A stretch of 64,000 bases of DNA from an uncultured Gemmatimonadales bacterium (GTDB taxonomy: Bacteria; Gemmatimonadota; Gemmatimonadetes; Gemmatimonadales; GWC2-71-9), in contig CAWGSK010000030.1 in assembly GCA_963825055.1 (NCBI GenBank), forward strand, positions 75,208-139,207, read 5' to 3'. Positions within the stretch are counted from its first letter, which is position 1. Every line of letters begins with the position of its first letter. The position numbers and the translations under genes were made by a program. Below are positions 9,762 through 19,495 of this stretch, piece by piece. The notes under the pieces are model-generated. The model ran no database searches. It saw nothing but the letters and a program-made list of their open reading frames with translations, and was not told the DNA's origin.

Positions 9762-11033
9762 ATGCGACCTGTCCTGAGCCGGGTTGGTGTTGCGACCCTC
9801 GTGGTGTTCACCCTCGTCGGGCGGGCGCAAGCCCAGACCACGCCCGAAGCCTACCGGATGCTCGACGATATCCGTGTCCTCTCCAGCGATGACCTGGCGG
9901 GGCGCCTGATCGGCTCCCCCGGAGCCGACTCCGCCGCCAATTTCATCGCCGCACGGTTTGCCACCGCCGGCCTCCAGGCGGGGCCTGCGGGCTGGTTCCA
10001 GGTGTTCCAGGTGGCTCGGGATGCCCCGGCGGCGGTCCACGCGCGCCTCGGCGGCGCCATCGGCAGGAATGTCATCGGCGTGCTGCCGGGCACGGATCCT
10101 GATCTGCGCAACCAGATCGTCATCCTGGGCGCACATTACGACCACCTCGGCCCGGGTGGGTTCGGCAGCCTCGACCCTGACAGTACCGGGATCACGCACA
10201 ACGGCGCGGACGACAACGCCTCCGGCACTGCCGCCCTGGTACACATCGCGCGACGACTGGCGGCCGCACCGCCGCGCCGCACGGTGGTGTTCATCGCCTT
10301 CAGCGGTGAGGAGCTCGGGCTGCTCGGCTCGGAGTACTACGCCAGCCACCCGCTCTATCCGCTCGACAAGACCGTTGCGATGGTGAACATGGACATGATC
10401 GGACGGCTCCGGAACCGGCGCCTCATCGTGTACGGCACCGAGACGGCGCGGGAGTTCCCCGCCATGCTCGACTCGCTCAACTGGTATGCCGGGTTCGACC
10501 TGCACAAGCAGGGGGACGGCTACGGTCCGAGTGACCAGTCATCCTTCTACGCCCGCGGCCGACCCGTCCTGCACGTCTTCACGGACCTGCACGAGGACTA
10601 CCACCGGACGACGGACGACTGGCAGAAGATCAATGCTGACGGCCTGGTCCGGGTCGCGGACTTCACCGCGAGCATCGTCCGCGCCCTGGCCGATCGCACG
10701 CCGCCGCTCACCTTCGTAAACCTGCCACCTCCGAAGATGGCCAGCGCGGACAGCGGCAGCAGCTCCGGCTACGGTGCATACCTCGGCAGTATCCCCGACA
10801 TGACCGGGAGCCCCGGGGGCGTGCGGATTACCGGGGTGCGCGCCGGGAGTCCGGCGGACGCGGCGGGGCTCAAGTCCGGCGATGTCATCATTCACCTCGG
10901 TGACATGGAGATCCCGGACCTCCAGGCGCTCGCCGTGGCACTGCGGAAGTACCGGCCCGGTGACGTCGTGAAGCTCGACTGGACCCGCGACGGCGAACGG
11001 CTCAGCACCGACGTCACCCTCGCGAAACGATGA
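9762..11033 (+). CDS. Secreted M28 peptidase with C-terminal PDZ domain
   Basis: Signal peptide; GAHYDHLG, GADDNASG, GEELGLLGS, SDQ, DYH; YLG...GSPADAAGLKSGDVI PDZ. Confidence 0.92.
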   Translation: MRPVLSRVGVATLVVFTLVGRAQAQTTPEAYRMLDDIRVLSSDDLAGRLIGSPGADSAANFIAARFATAGLQAGPAGWFQVFQVARDAPAAVHARLGGAIGRNVIGVLPGTDPDLRNQIVILGAHYDHLGPGGFGSLDPDSTGITHNGADDNASGTAALVHIARRLAAAPPRRTVVFIAFSGEELGLLGSEYYASHPLYPLDKTVAMVNMDMIGRLRNRRLIVYGTETAREFPAMLDSLNWYAGFDLHKQGDGYGPSDQSSFYARGRPVLHVFTDLHEDYHRTTDDWQKINADGLVRVADFTASIVRALADRTPPLTFVNLPPPKMASADSGSSSGYGAYLGSIPDMTGSPGGVRITGVRAGSPADAAGLKSGDVIIHLGDMEIPDLQALAVALRKYRPGDVVKLDWTRDGERLSTDVTLAKR

Positions 11034-11506
11034 GCGGCGAGCGAAAACCCGGCGCGGTGCTGGACGCGACACGCGTTGTGGCGGCCCTGCGCGGGGAATT
11101 CGCCCGCGAGGTGGGGCGCCGGGAATTGCTGCAGTTCGCTGCCGACCGGATCCAGGCGGCGGGACCGCCCTACACGTCGGTCTACCTCTACATGCTCCAT
11201 GGCGACACGCTGGACCTGGAGGCCTTCGCAGGCCGGGAGACGGACCACACCCGCATCGCGGTCGGGCACGGAGTCTGCGGGACCGCCGTGGCGACGGGAG
11301 AAGACCAGAATGTCGGGGACGTCCGCGCGATCGAGAACTACATCGCGTGCAACACGTTCACCCGCTCCGAACTGGTCGTCCTGATCCGGCGTGGCGACAC
11401 GATCCTGGGCCAGATCGACGTCGACAGCGACGTCACCGACCCCTTCACGACGGAGGAGGAAGCGGCCGTCCGCCAGGTAGCCGACGCGCTCGCCGTCCTC
11501 CTGTGA
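11030..11506 (+). CDS. msrC: GAF-domain protein, free methionine-R-sulfoxide reductase-like
   Basis: GHGVCGTA, DV...YIAC...SELVV, GQIDVDS. Confidence 0.75.
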   Translation: MSGERKPGAVLDATRVVAALRGEFAREVGRRELLQFAADRIQAAGPPYTSVYLYMLHGDTLDLEAFAGRETDHTRIAVGHGVCGTAVATGEDQNVGDVRAIENYIACNTFTRSELVVLIRRGDTILGQIDVDSDVTDPFTTEEEAAVRQVADALAVLL

Positions 11507-12417
11507 CCTCGCCCCAGCGGCGGGCCTGGTCCTCCGCCGATTTCGTCATCCCACTCCCGCCGGGCCATCGCTTTCCCGTCGCCAAGTACGAGAAGATCCG
11601 GGACACCGTTGTTTCCCGGGGCATTCTCCCCCGCGCCGCCATTGAGGTCCCGGAGCGGGTCGAGCCGTGGGCCCTCGCCCTGGTGCACGATGCCGGCTGG
11701 GTGGATGCCGTCTGTACCGGCCCGATGCCCCCGACCCTGGAACGGCGCCTCGGGCTGCCCGGCTCCGCCGCCCTCCGCGAACGCTCGCTCCGCACGGTCC
11801 AGGCGACGGTCGAGGCCGCCACCGACGCACTCGATCGCGGCCTCGGAATTTCCCTGGCCGGGGGAACGCACCACGCCTTCCGGGACAGGGGGGAGGGCTT
11901 CTGCGTCTTCAACGACGTGGCGATCGCCACCCGCATGCTGCAGCGCGAGGGCCGGATCCAGCGCGTGGCCGTCCTCGACCTCGACGTGCACCAGGGAAAC
12001 GGAACTGCGAGGATTTTTGCGGGCGACCCCGAGGTATACACGTTCTCGATGCACGGGGCGAGCAATTATCCCTTTCACCGGGAGCAGAGCCGTCTGGATA
12101 TCGAACTTCCGGACGGAACCGGCGACGCGGATTACCTCGCCGTTCTGGACCGGTACCTGCCCGGTATCCTTCAGGACGCCCGGCCGGACCTCGTCTTCTT
12201 CCTTGCCGGATCCGACCCGTACCGGCACGATCGCTTCGGCCGGCTGGGACTCACCATCGAAGGCCTCCGGGCCAGAGATGCCCGGGTGGTCCAGGCCTGC
12301 CGGGCGCGTGACATCCCGCTCGCCATCACCATGGCCGGTGGGTACGCCACCGACCTGGAGGACATTGCCACCATCCACGCGAACACGGTCCAGGAAGCGC
12401 TGGCCGCCTATGGCTGA
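11503..12417 (+). CDS. Histone deacetylase family protein (Zn-dependent)
   Basis: HRFP, GGTHHA, GFCVFND, DLDVHQGNG, GGY; GTGA overlap with upstream stop. Confidence 0.92.
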   Translation: MTSPQRRAWSSADFVIPLPPGHRFPVAKYEKIRDTVVSRGILPRAAIEVPERVEPWALALVHDAGWVDAVCTGPMPPTLERRLGLPGSAALRERSLRTVQATVEAATDALDRGLGISLAGGTHHAFRDRGEGFCVFNDVAIATRMLQREGRIQRVAVLDLDVHQGNGTARIFAGDPEVYTFSMHGASNYPFHREQSRLDIELPDGTGDADYLAVLDRYLPGILQDARPDLVFFLAGSDPYRHDRFGRLGLTIEGLRARDARVVQACRARDIPLAITMAGGYATDLEDIATIHANTVQEALAAYG

Positions 12418-13246
12418 GACGAGGATGCGGGATGTCCGCGGGGTGTCGCTCTTCGAGCGCCGCGCGGGGGAAGGCCCGGAGGTCGTCGTGCTGCATGGCG
12501 GACCGGGAGCGCACCACGACTACCTGCTGCCTGGCTTCGACGCGCTGGCGCGGGAACGCACCCTCATCTACTACGACCAGCGCGGCGGGGGCCGCTCCCC
12601 CGTCGAGCGCGACGTGCCCGTGGGGTGGCGTGAACATGTTGCGGACCTCGAGGCCCTCCGTGAGTCATGGGGCCTCGATCAGCTGACCATCGCCGGGTAT
12701 TCCTGGGGCGGCCTGCTGGCCCTGCTGTACGCCACCACCCACCCAGGCCGGGTCGCCCGTCTGGCCCTGGTCTCGCCTGCTCCGGCCTGGCGCGCGGCCC
12801 GGGAGGAATTCGAGCGCCGTTTCGCCGAGCGGAACCTTGCCCCATGGCTCCAGGAGGCGCGACAGGACCTGCGGGAAAGCGGGATCCGCGAAGCCGACCC
12901 GGAAGCCTATCGCCAGCGGCTGTTCGAGCTGTCCGTGGCCGCGTACTTTCACGATCCCGCCCGTGCCACCGACCTCACGCCCTTCCGGGTCACGGGACGG
13001 ACCCAGACGGAGGTCTGGGAAAGCCTCGGCGACTATGACCTGCGCCCGGTCCTCCCGAACGTCGGCGCCCCCGCCGTGGTCCTCCACGGCGACGACGATC
13101 CCATTCCCGCCGACTCCACCCGCACCACCGCCGGGCTCCTGGAGGCGCCGTTCCACCTTCTTCCCCGCTGTGGCCACGTGCCGTACGTCGAGGCGTTCGA
13201 GGAGTTCGTCAGGGTCCTCGATGCCTTCCTTCCGGCCGCGTCCTGA
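12410..13246 (+). CDS. Alpha/beta hydrolase (proline iminopeptidase-like)
   Basis: HGGPG, YDQRGGG, GYSWGG nucleophile elbow, GDDD, GHVP. Confidence 0.88.
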   Translation: MAETRMRDVRGVSLFERRAGEGPEVVVLHGGPGAHHDYLLPGFDALARERTLIYYDQRGGGRSPVERDVPVGWREHVADLEALRESWGLDQLTIAGYSWGGLLALLYATTHPGRVARLALVSPAPAWRAAREEFERRFAERNLAPWLQEARQDLRESGIREADPEAYRQRLFELSVAAYFHDPARATDLTPFRVTGRTQTEVWESLGDYDLRPVLPNVGAPAVVLHGDDDPIPADSTRTTAGLLEAPFHLLPRCGHVPYVEAFEEFVRVLDAFLPAAS

Positions 13247-13285
13247 GGCCGGCCAGCCGGCCGGGCCTGTTAGTTTCCCACGGAA

Positions 13286-13948
13286 ATGAGTGAACGTCCA
13301 ACCCCGTTCGGCCTCGTGTTCGACGAGCTGTCGCGGTCCAGGTTCCCCGCCCTGCGGGAATCACTGGCCGAGCGCCGTGCGAACCCGCACGACCGTGATG
13401 CTTTCCTGCTGGACCCCGTCGGCATCCAGACCCTCCGCGCCATTGTCCCGGAGGAAGGCGTAGGCGAGGCGATCGACCAGCACGTTGCGATCCTGCACAA
13501 CGCCTATCTCTACTGGCATGATGGCGAGCGCATGGTACGCCTTGCCCGGCCGGAGGCCGAACAGCTGCTCGGCTCCCCTGCGGCTGACGGTGACGGCCCC
13601 TCCCCGGCCTGGTATGTACAAATGCCCGAGCGCCTGCTCTGGGCACGCGTGAACGAAGCGCAGCCTCACGAGCCGCTCGACGGGCTCTTCGTCCATCGCG
13701 ATGGCGGTGACATCCTGCACGTGCTCGCCGTGTTCGGCCTGCACACCGAGCGCCTCGGATTCAGCGTCGTGGAAGCCAGCGGACCGCGCCCGCCAGGCCT
13801 GGTGCGAGAGGATGGAACCCCGCTTTTCTCTTCCGTCATGGAGGGCGGCGATCGCGCCGGTCTCTATTCCATCACCGGCGGCGAAGAACTGCTGGAACTC
13901 GGCGCACGCGCCCTGGCAGCCGCCAACGCCAGCCAGAATACGCCATGA
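13286..13948 (+). CDS. Hypothetical protein (first gene of polX operon)
   Basis: 220-aa ORF with globular composition; ATGA overlap with polX. Confidence 0.75.
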   Translation: MSERPTPFGLVFDELSRSRFPALRESLAERRANPHDRDAFLLDPVGIQTLRAIVPEEGVGEAIDQHVAILHNAYLYWHDGERMVRLARPEAEQLLGSPAADGDGPSPAWYVQMPERLLWARVNEAQPHEPLDGLFVHRDGGDILHVLAVFGLHTERLGFSVVEASGPRPPGLVREDGTPLFSSVMEGGDRAGLYSITGGEELLELGARALAAANASQNTP

Positions 13949-15681
13949 CCCCCCCGATGGGCCGGAAGGCCGTGGCGGGCGTGCTGGAGCAGATCGCGTC
14001 GTTCCTTGAGCTCAAGGGTGAGAACACCTTCCGGGTGCGGGCATTCCGCACTTCCGCCCGCGTGGTCGGCGGGTTGCCCGTGGAGGTCCCGGAGGCGCTG
14101 GCGGACGGCTCGCTTGCCGCCGCGAAGGGCGTCGGACCGGCCACGCTCGAGATCATTACGGAACTCGTACGGACCGGGCGAAGCACCCTCCTCGCCGAGC
14201 TCCGTGAGCAGGTTCCCCCGGGCCTCGTCGAGATGCTCTCCATCTCCGGCCTCGGCGTAAACAAAATCCGCCAGATCCATGAGATGCTCGGCGTGGACTC
14301 ACTTCCCGAGCTGGAAAGCGCTGCGCGCGATGGCCGGCTCGCCGGGCTCCCACGTTTCGGCCCTCGAACCGCCGAGAGCGTGCTGAAGGGCATCGCATTC
14401 CTCCGGCAGACCCGGGGACAGCGGCTGGCGCACCACGCAGCGGAGGAGGCCCAGGCGCTCCGGGAATCGCTGGAACAGCTGCCCGGCGTCCTGCGGGCCG
14501 ACATCGCGGGGGAGGTGCGGCGCCGCTGCGAGGTGGTGCAGGAGATCGTCCTGGTGCTGGTCGCCGAGGCGGCCCCCGCCGAGATATTCAGCCGGCTGGC
14601 GGACCTGCCGGGCGTCCAGGAGTTCGCCGGGCAGGACGAGCGGCGTGTCACGCTCCGCTTCGCCGGGGGATCAGCTGCGCAGATCGTCGTGACGACCACC
14701 GTCAACGCCGGAACGGTCCTCGTGCAGGCAACCGGAAACGACGCGCACCTGGAGGCGCTGGCAGCCCATGCCGAACGCCAGGGGTTTGGCCTTGGCGCGG
14801 CGGCGCTCTGGCGCGGTTCGACGTTCGTCCCCACGCCTGACGAGGACACGTTCTACCGGGTACTCGGGCTGCAGCCTGTCCCGCCGGAACTGCGCGAGGG
14901 GCAGGGCGAGGTCGAGGCGGCGGCGGCCGGTACGCTCCCCGTCCTGCTGGAGAGTGCCGACCTGAAAGGGTTCCTGCACTGCCACACGAATTACTCCGAC
15001 GGGTCAAATACCGTCCTGGAGGTCGGCCGGGCATGCCTGGACGCAGGGTACGCGTATGTGGGAATTACCGACCACAGCGGCAGCGCGGCGTACGCCGGAG
15101 GCCTCAGCAGCGACGACCTCCGTCGCCAGCATGATGAGGTTGTCGCCGCAAACGCATCGCTCAGCGGCATCCGGATCCTGCAGGGCGTCGAGGCCGACAT
15201 CCTCGCTGACGGTTCCCTCGACTATGACGACGACACGCTCGCGCGGCTCGATTTTGTCATTGGCTCCATCCACAGCCGGTTCAGCATGGACCGCGAGGAA
15301 ATGACCGCGAGAGTCCTGACAGCAATGGACAACCCTCACCTGGCGATCATCGGTCATCCCACGGGCCGTCTCCTGCTCGCCCGCAACCCATACGGGCTCG
15401 ACATCGATCGTGTTTTCGAGAAAGCGGCAGCGAACGGTGTCGCCATCGAGATCAATGCCGACCCCCATCGCCTCGACCTGGACTGGCGGCTCGCCCGGCA
15501 GGCCCGCGAAGCCGGAGTGACCCTCAGCATCGGCGCGGACGCCCACAACATCGCCGGCCTGCGTCACGTGGAGCTCGGCGTCGGCGTCGCCCGGAAGGCC
15601 TGGCTCACCGCCGCGGATGTCCTGAATGCCCGGCCACTCGAGGGATTTCTTGCCCATGTCGGGCACCGGAGAAAGGTCTGA
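13945..15681 (+). CDS. polX: DNA polymerase X family/PHP fusion, noncanonical (polymerase DxD motif absent)
   Basis: ELKGENTFRVRAF, HhH GVG/GLG motifs, PPELRE; PHP motifs HCHT, TDHS, GSIH, GHPTGR, DAH. Confidence 0.9.
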   Translation: MTPPMGRKAVAGVLEQIASFLELKGENTFRVRAFRTSARVVGGLPVEVPEALADGSLAAAKGVGPATLEIITELVRTGRSTLLAELREQVPPGLVEMLSISGLGVNKIRQIHEMLGVDSLPELESAARDGRLAGLPRFGPRTAESVLKGIAFLRQTRGQRLAHHAAEEAQALRESLEQLPGVLRADIAGEVRRRCEVVQEIVLVLVAEAAPAEIFSRLADLPGVQEFAGQDERRVTLRFAGGSAAQIVVTTTVNAGTVLVQATGNDAHLEALAAHAERQGFGLGAAALWRGSTFVPTPDEDTFYRVLGLQPVPPELREGQGEVEAAAAGTLPVLLESADLKGFLHCHTNYSDGSNTVLEVGRACLDAGYAYVGITDHSGSAAYAGGLSSDDLRRQHDEVVAANASLSGIRILQGVEADILADGSLDYDDDTLARLDFVIGSIHSRFSMDREEMTARVLTAMDNPHLAIIGHPTGRLLLARNPYGLDIDRVFEKAAANGVAIEINADPHRLDLDWRLARQAREAGVTLSIGADAHNIAGLRHVELGVGVARKAWLTAADVLNARPLEGFLAHVGHRRKV

Positions 15682-16364
15682 TGGCAAAGCCCCCCGCGGT
15701 GACTCCGTCCTCCGTTCGCCGGGAGAGCAGGCCTGCCCGCAGGCGCCGCGCGGGAGCCATCCTGGCGCTCCTCAAGAAGGAGTATCCGGATGCGGCCTGT
15801 GCCCTGGTGCACCACGGGCCGTACCAGCTCCTCGTCGCGACCATTCTCTCCGCGCAGTGTACCGACGCGAGGGTGAACATGGTCACCCCCGCCCTGTTCG
15901 AGCGTTATCCGGAACCGGCGGCCCTCGCCGCCGCGCGCCAGGAGGATGTCGAGGAACTGATCCGCTCCACCGGTTTCTTCCGGAACAAGGCGAAGAACCT
16001 GATTGCGATGGCCCGGGCGCTGGTCGCGGACCATGACGGGCTCATACCTGACGACATGGACGCACTTCGCGCCCTGCCGGGCGTCGGGCGAAAGACCGCC
16101 AACGTTGTCCTGGGAAATGCCTTCGGAATCAACGCCGGCATCACCGTGGACACTCACGTGACCCGGCTCAGCCGCCTGCTTGGCCTGACGACCGAGACCG
16201 ATCCGGAGAAGATCGAGCGGGACCTGATGCAACTGATACCGAAGAAGGACTGGACCCTCGTCTCCCACCTGCTGATCCTGCACGGCCGCGCGGTGTGCAT
16301 CGCCAGGCGGCCGCGCCATGAGATCTGCGCCGTGGCTCACCTCTGCCCGTCCGCGCGAGCCTGA
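15681..16364 (+). CDS. nth: Endonuclease III
   Basis: LLVATILSAQCTD, GFFRNKAK, LPGVGRKTAN, VDTHV; C-terminal Fe-S motif variant. Confidence 0.95.
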   Translation: MAKPPAVTPSSVRRESRPARRRRAGAILALLKKEYPDAACALVHHGPYQLLVATILSAQCTDARVNMVTPALFERYPEPAALAAARQEDVEELIRSTGFFRNKAKNLIAMARALVADHDGLIPDDMDALRALPGVGRKTANVVLGNAFGINAGITVDTHVTRLSRLLGLTTETDPEKIERDLMQLIPKKDWTLVSHLLILHGRAVCIARRPRHEICAVAHLCPSARA

Positions 16365-18475
16365 TGGCCGGTAACCGCCTCGGGCACGCTGCCTCGGCCT
16401 ATCTCCAATCGGCCGCGCACCAGCCCGTGCACTGGTATCCCTGGGGCGCCGAGGCCTTCGCCACCGCCCGCGACCTGGATCGCCCCATCCTGCTGGACAT
16501 CGGTGCGGTCTGGTGCCACTGGTGTCACGTGATGGATGGCGAGTCGTACGAAGACCCGGCGCTTGCGGAGTGGCTCAACACCCGCTTCGTGTGCGTGAAG
16601 GTTGACCGCGACGAACGTCCAGACGTGGACGCCCGCTACCAGCGCGCCGTCCAGTCCTTCACCGGGCAGGGCGGATGGCCGCTGACGGCATTCCTCACGC
16701 CGGCGGGGGACGTTTTCTACGGCGGGACCTACTTCCCTCCCGACGGCAGGTACGGCCGCCCCGGTTTCCGGAGTGTCCTGGAACGGGTGTCCGAGGTATA
16801 CCGCGGGGAACGGGACCGGGTCGAGGCACAGGGCGGAGCGATCCGCCAGATGCTGGCCCGCTCGCTCGACGAGACGGCCCCGGGCGAGGTCACGCCGGCC
16901 GTGCTCGAGGCCGCCGTCGGATCCATGCGCCAGGCCTTCGACGCGGCACACGGTGGCTTCGGGAGCGCGCCCAAGTTCCCCCACCCGGCCGCGATCCGTT
17001 TTCTGCTGGGGTACGCCGCCGACCACGACGACCAGGACGCGGAGGACATGGCGCTCGCCAACCTCACCGCGATGGCGCGCGGGGGCATTCACGACCACCT
17101 CGGTGGCGGCTTCCATCGCTACAGCACCGACGCGCAATGGATCGTCCCGCATTTTGAGAAGATGGCCTACGACAACGCCGGGCTCCTGCAGGCCTACGTG
17201 GAGGGCGTCGCGTGGAGTGGCGACCCGGCGTACGAACGGGCCGCGGCCGGCATCGTGCAGTGGATCCGCGAGGTCCTCGCGCTGCCCGATGACGGGTTCG
17301 GGGCAAGCCAGGACGCTGATGTCGGGCTGGACGACGACGGCGACTACTTCACCTGGACCCTGGCCGAATCCGCCGCAGTGCTGGACGAGCGTGAGCTCGC
17401 CGTGGCGGCCGCGTATTTCGACATTGGCACCGCGGGCGAAATGCACCACAATCCCTCGAAGAATGTCCTCTACGTTGCCGCTTCCATCGAGGAGGTGGCC
17501 GGGCGGACCGGACTCGGGACCGGGCGGGCCCGCGAGCTGCTCGAGTCGGCGCTGACAAAACTCCGCGCTGCAAGGGATGGTCGTGAGTCCCCGTTCGTGG
17601 ACCGTACGCCGTACACCAGCTGGAATGCCATGGTGGCGGCGGCATTGCTCCGCGCGGCGCCAATCCTCGATGACGACGAGGCGGGACGCCTCGGCATACG
17701 CGCACTCGAGCGTATCCGTCGCGAAGCCCCGCGTCCTGACGCGGTGGGGCATACGCCCGGGGCGTCCCCCACCCTGCTGGACGACCAGGTCCAGGTGGCG
17801 CTCGCGGCCCTGGAGGCCGCAGAGTTCACCGGCGAAGCCAGTTGGGCCGACTGGGCCGGTCGGATCATGGCGCGCGCGTGGGACGTGCATGCCGATCCGG
17901 CCGGGGGCCTCTTCGACACGGTTCCCGGCTCGGGCGGCGAGGGCCTGCTCCCGGAGCCGGCCAAGGCGGTGCAGGACGCTCCGACGCCCGGACCCAATGC
18001 GGTCGCCGCGGTGGTCTGCGCCCGTCTCGCGGAGTGGAACGGGGATCTGGTCTGGGCGAAGCGCCGGGATGCGCTGGTCCGCGCCTTCGGCGGCCGTGCC
18101 GCCGAGCTCGGGCTCCATGGCGCGACCCTGCTCTCCGCGGTCGACTGGGCCCTGAACCCCGCCACCCACATGGTGATTACGGGTGCGCCGGATGACCCCG
18201 TCGCCCGGGAGATGTACCGCACGGCGCTCGCCGCCTTTGCCCCGAGGCGCGTGGTCCGGTGGCTCGCGCCGGACGAGGACAGGATGGGCCTGCCCCGCCC
18301 GCTCGTGGCGATGCTGGACGCCACGGCCGGTGGCGTGCGCGGCTACGCCTGCGCCGGCGCGACCTGCCAGGCGCCGGCGGCCTCACTGGAAGAGTGGCGG
18401 GCGGCGCTGCGCAGCGCCGGGGCACGGCTGCCGGCTCGCTGGGGTGAGCCGGAAAACGGGGCTACCTTTCCCTGA
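16364..18475 (+). CDS. yyaL: Thioredoxin-domain protein YyaL/SPATA20 (DUF255) family
   Basis: [48 protein letters not shown]. Confidence 0.92.
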   Translation: MAGNRLGHAASAYLQSAAHQPVHWYPWGAEAFATARDLDRPILLDIGAVWCHWCHVMDGESYEDPALAEWLNTRFVCVKVDRDERPDVDARYQRAVQSFTGQGGWPLTAFLTPAGDVFYGGTYFPPDGRYGRPGFRSVLERVSEVYRGERDRVEAQGGAIRQMLARSLDETAPGEVTPAVLEAAVGSMRQAFDAAHGGFGSAPKFPHPAAIRFLLGYAADHDDQDAEDMALANLTAMARGGIHDHLGGGFHRYSTDAQWIVPHFEKMAYDNAGLLQAYVEGVAWSGDPAYERAAAGIVQWIREVLALPDDGFGASQDADVGLDDDGDYFTWTLAESAAVLDERELAVAAAYFDIGTAGEMHHNPSKNVLYVAASIEEVAGRTGLGTGRARELLESALTKLRAARDGRESPFVDRTPYTSWNAMVAAALLRAAPILDDDEAGRLGIRALERIRREAPRPDAVGHTPGASPTLLDDQVQVALAALEAAEFTGEASWADWAGRIMARAWDVHADPAGGLFDTVPGSGGEGLLPEPAKAVQDAPTPGPNAVAAVVCARLAEWNGDLVWAKRRDALVRAFGGRAAELGLHGATLLSAVDWALNPATHMVITGAPDDPVAREMYRTALAAFAPRRVVRWLAPDEDRMGLPRPLVAMLDATAGGVRGYACAGATCQAPAASLEEWRAALRSAGARLPARWGEPENGATFP

Positions 18476-18541
18476 CCTGTTCCGGGGCCCGGTCGCGTGG
18501 AACGTCCTCGCGCCGCCGGAAGAACATCAGTTGGGGGAAGC

Positions 18542-18988
18542 ATGAAGCACGCCGTAATCGAGACCAGCCGTGGCACCATCAAGGCCGACCTGTTCGATGA
18601 AGAGACGCCGGGCACGGTCGCCAATTTCGAGAAACTTTCCAACAGCGAGTTCTATGACGGAACCCGCTTTCACCGGGTCATCCCGAACTTCGTCATCCAG
18701 GGCGGCGATCCGCTCTCCCGCGACCCGAACAACCCGCGGGTCGGCACCGGCGGTCCGGGGTACAAGATCAAGTGCGAGACCGACCGGAACACGCACAAAC
18801 ACGTGGCAGGTACGCTCTCCATGGCCCATGCGGGGAAGGACACTGGTGGCAGCCAGTTCTTCATCGCGCACTCGCCCCAGCCCCACCTCGACAAGGTCCA
18901 CACCGTCTTCGGCCAGGTTACCGAAGGCATGGACGTAGTCAACCAGATCCGCCAGGGCGACGTCATCACCTCGATCCGGGTCGACTGA
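18542..18988 (+). CDS. Cyclophilin-type peptidyl-prolyl isomerase
   Basis: [44 protein letters not shown]. Confidence 0.95.
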   Translation: MKHAVIETSRGTIKADLFDEETPGTVANFEKLSNSEFYDGTRFHRVIPNFVIQGGDPLSRDPNNPRVGTGGPGYKIKCETDRNTHKHVAGTLSMAHAGKDTGGSQFFIAHSPQPHLDKVHTVFGQVTEGMDVVNQIRQGDVITSIRVD

Positions 18989-18990
18989 CC

Positions 18991-19404
18991 CTGCAACTCG
19001 ACTTCGCGGTCCTCGCTGACTACGCCCTGATCGACCAGCAGGGCAAGCTGTCGATCCTCGGCATCTTCCAGAATGTGTGGGTCGCGACGTTCCCGACCGT
19101 CCACGCCCGGACCCACCTGGTGGTCCGGGTGCGTGGTCGGCGCACGGAGGTGGGAAGCCACGGTCTCCGGATCCGGTTCGTCGACGACCAGGACACGGAA
19201 TTGCTTGGCGGCCAGGGCACAGTCGAGTTCGGTGAACCGCCGGCCGGCGTGACGGAACTGGAGGCGGGAGCCGTCCTGGTCTTCGACATCCCCCTCCCCC
19301 GGGCCGGGGCGTATGCCTTCGAGATCAGCCTGGACGGAGGGGCAGTCCACCGGGTCCCGCTGGTCGCCGGGCAGCTCCAGGCCCCCGGGAACTACCAGCA
19401 CTAG
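18991..19404 (+). CDS. Conserved hypothetical protein (DUF6941-like), probable CTG start
   Basis: LDFAVLADYA...GKLSILGIF...GAYAFEI beta-sandwich pattern; no nearby in-frame ATG/GTG/TTG. Confidence 0.7.
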   Translation: MQLDFAVLADYALIDQQGKLSILGIFQNVWVATFPTVHARTHLVVRVRGRRTEVGSHGLRIRFVDDQDTELLGGQGTVEFGEPPAGVTELEAGAVLVFDIPLPRAGAYAFEISLDGGAVHRVPLVAGQLQAPGNYQH

Positions 19405-19495
19405 GTCGGCCATCCGCTTGCCAGCCCGGTGACCGAACCCGATATTCCTGACACTATCCGCAACACCACTCCTTACCAGCGCGGAGAAACACACA

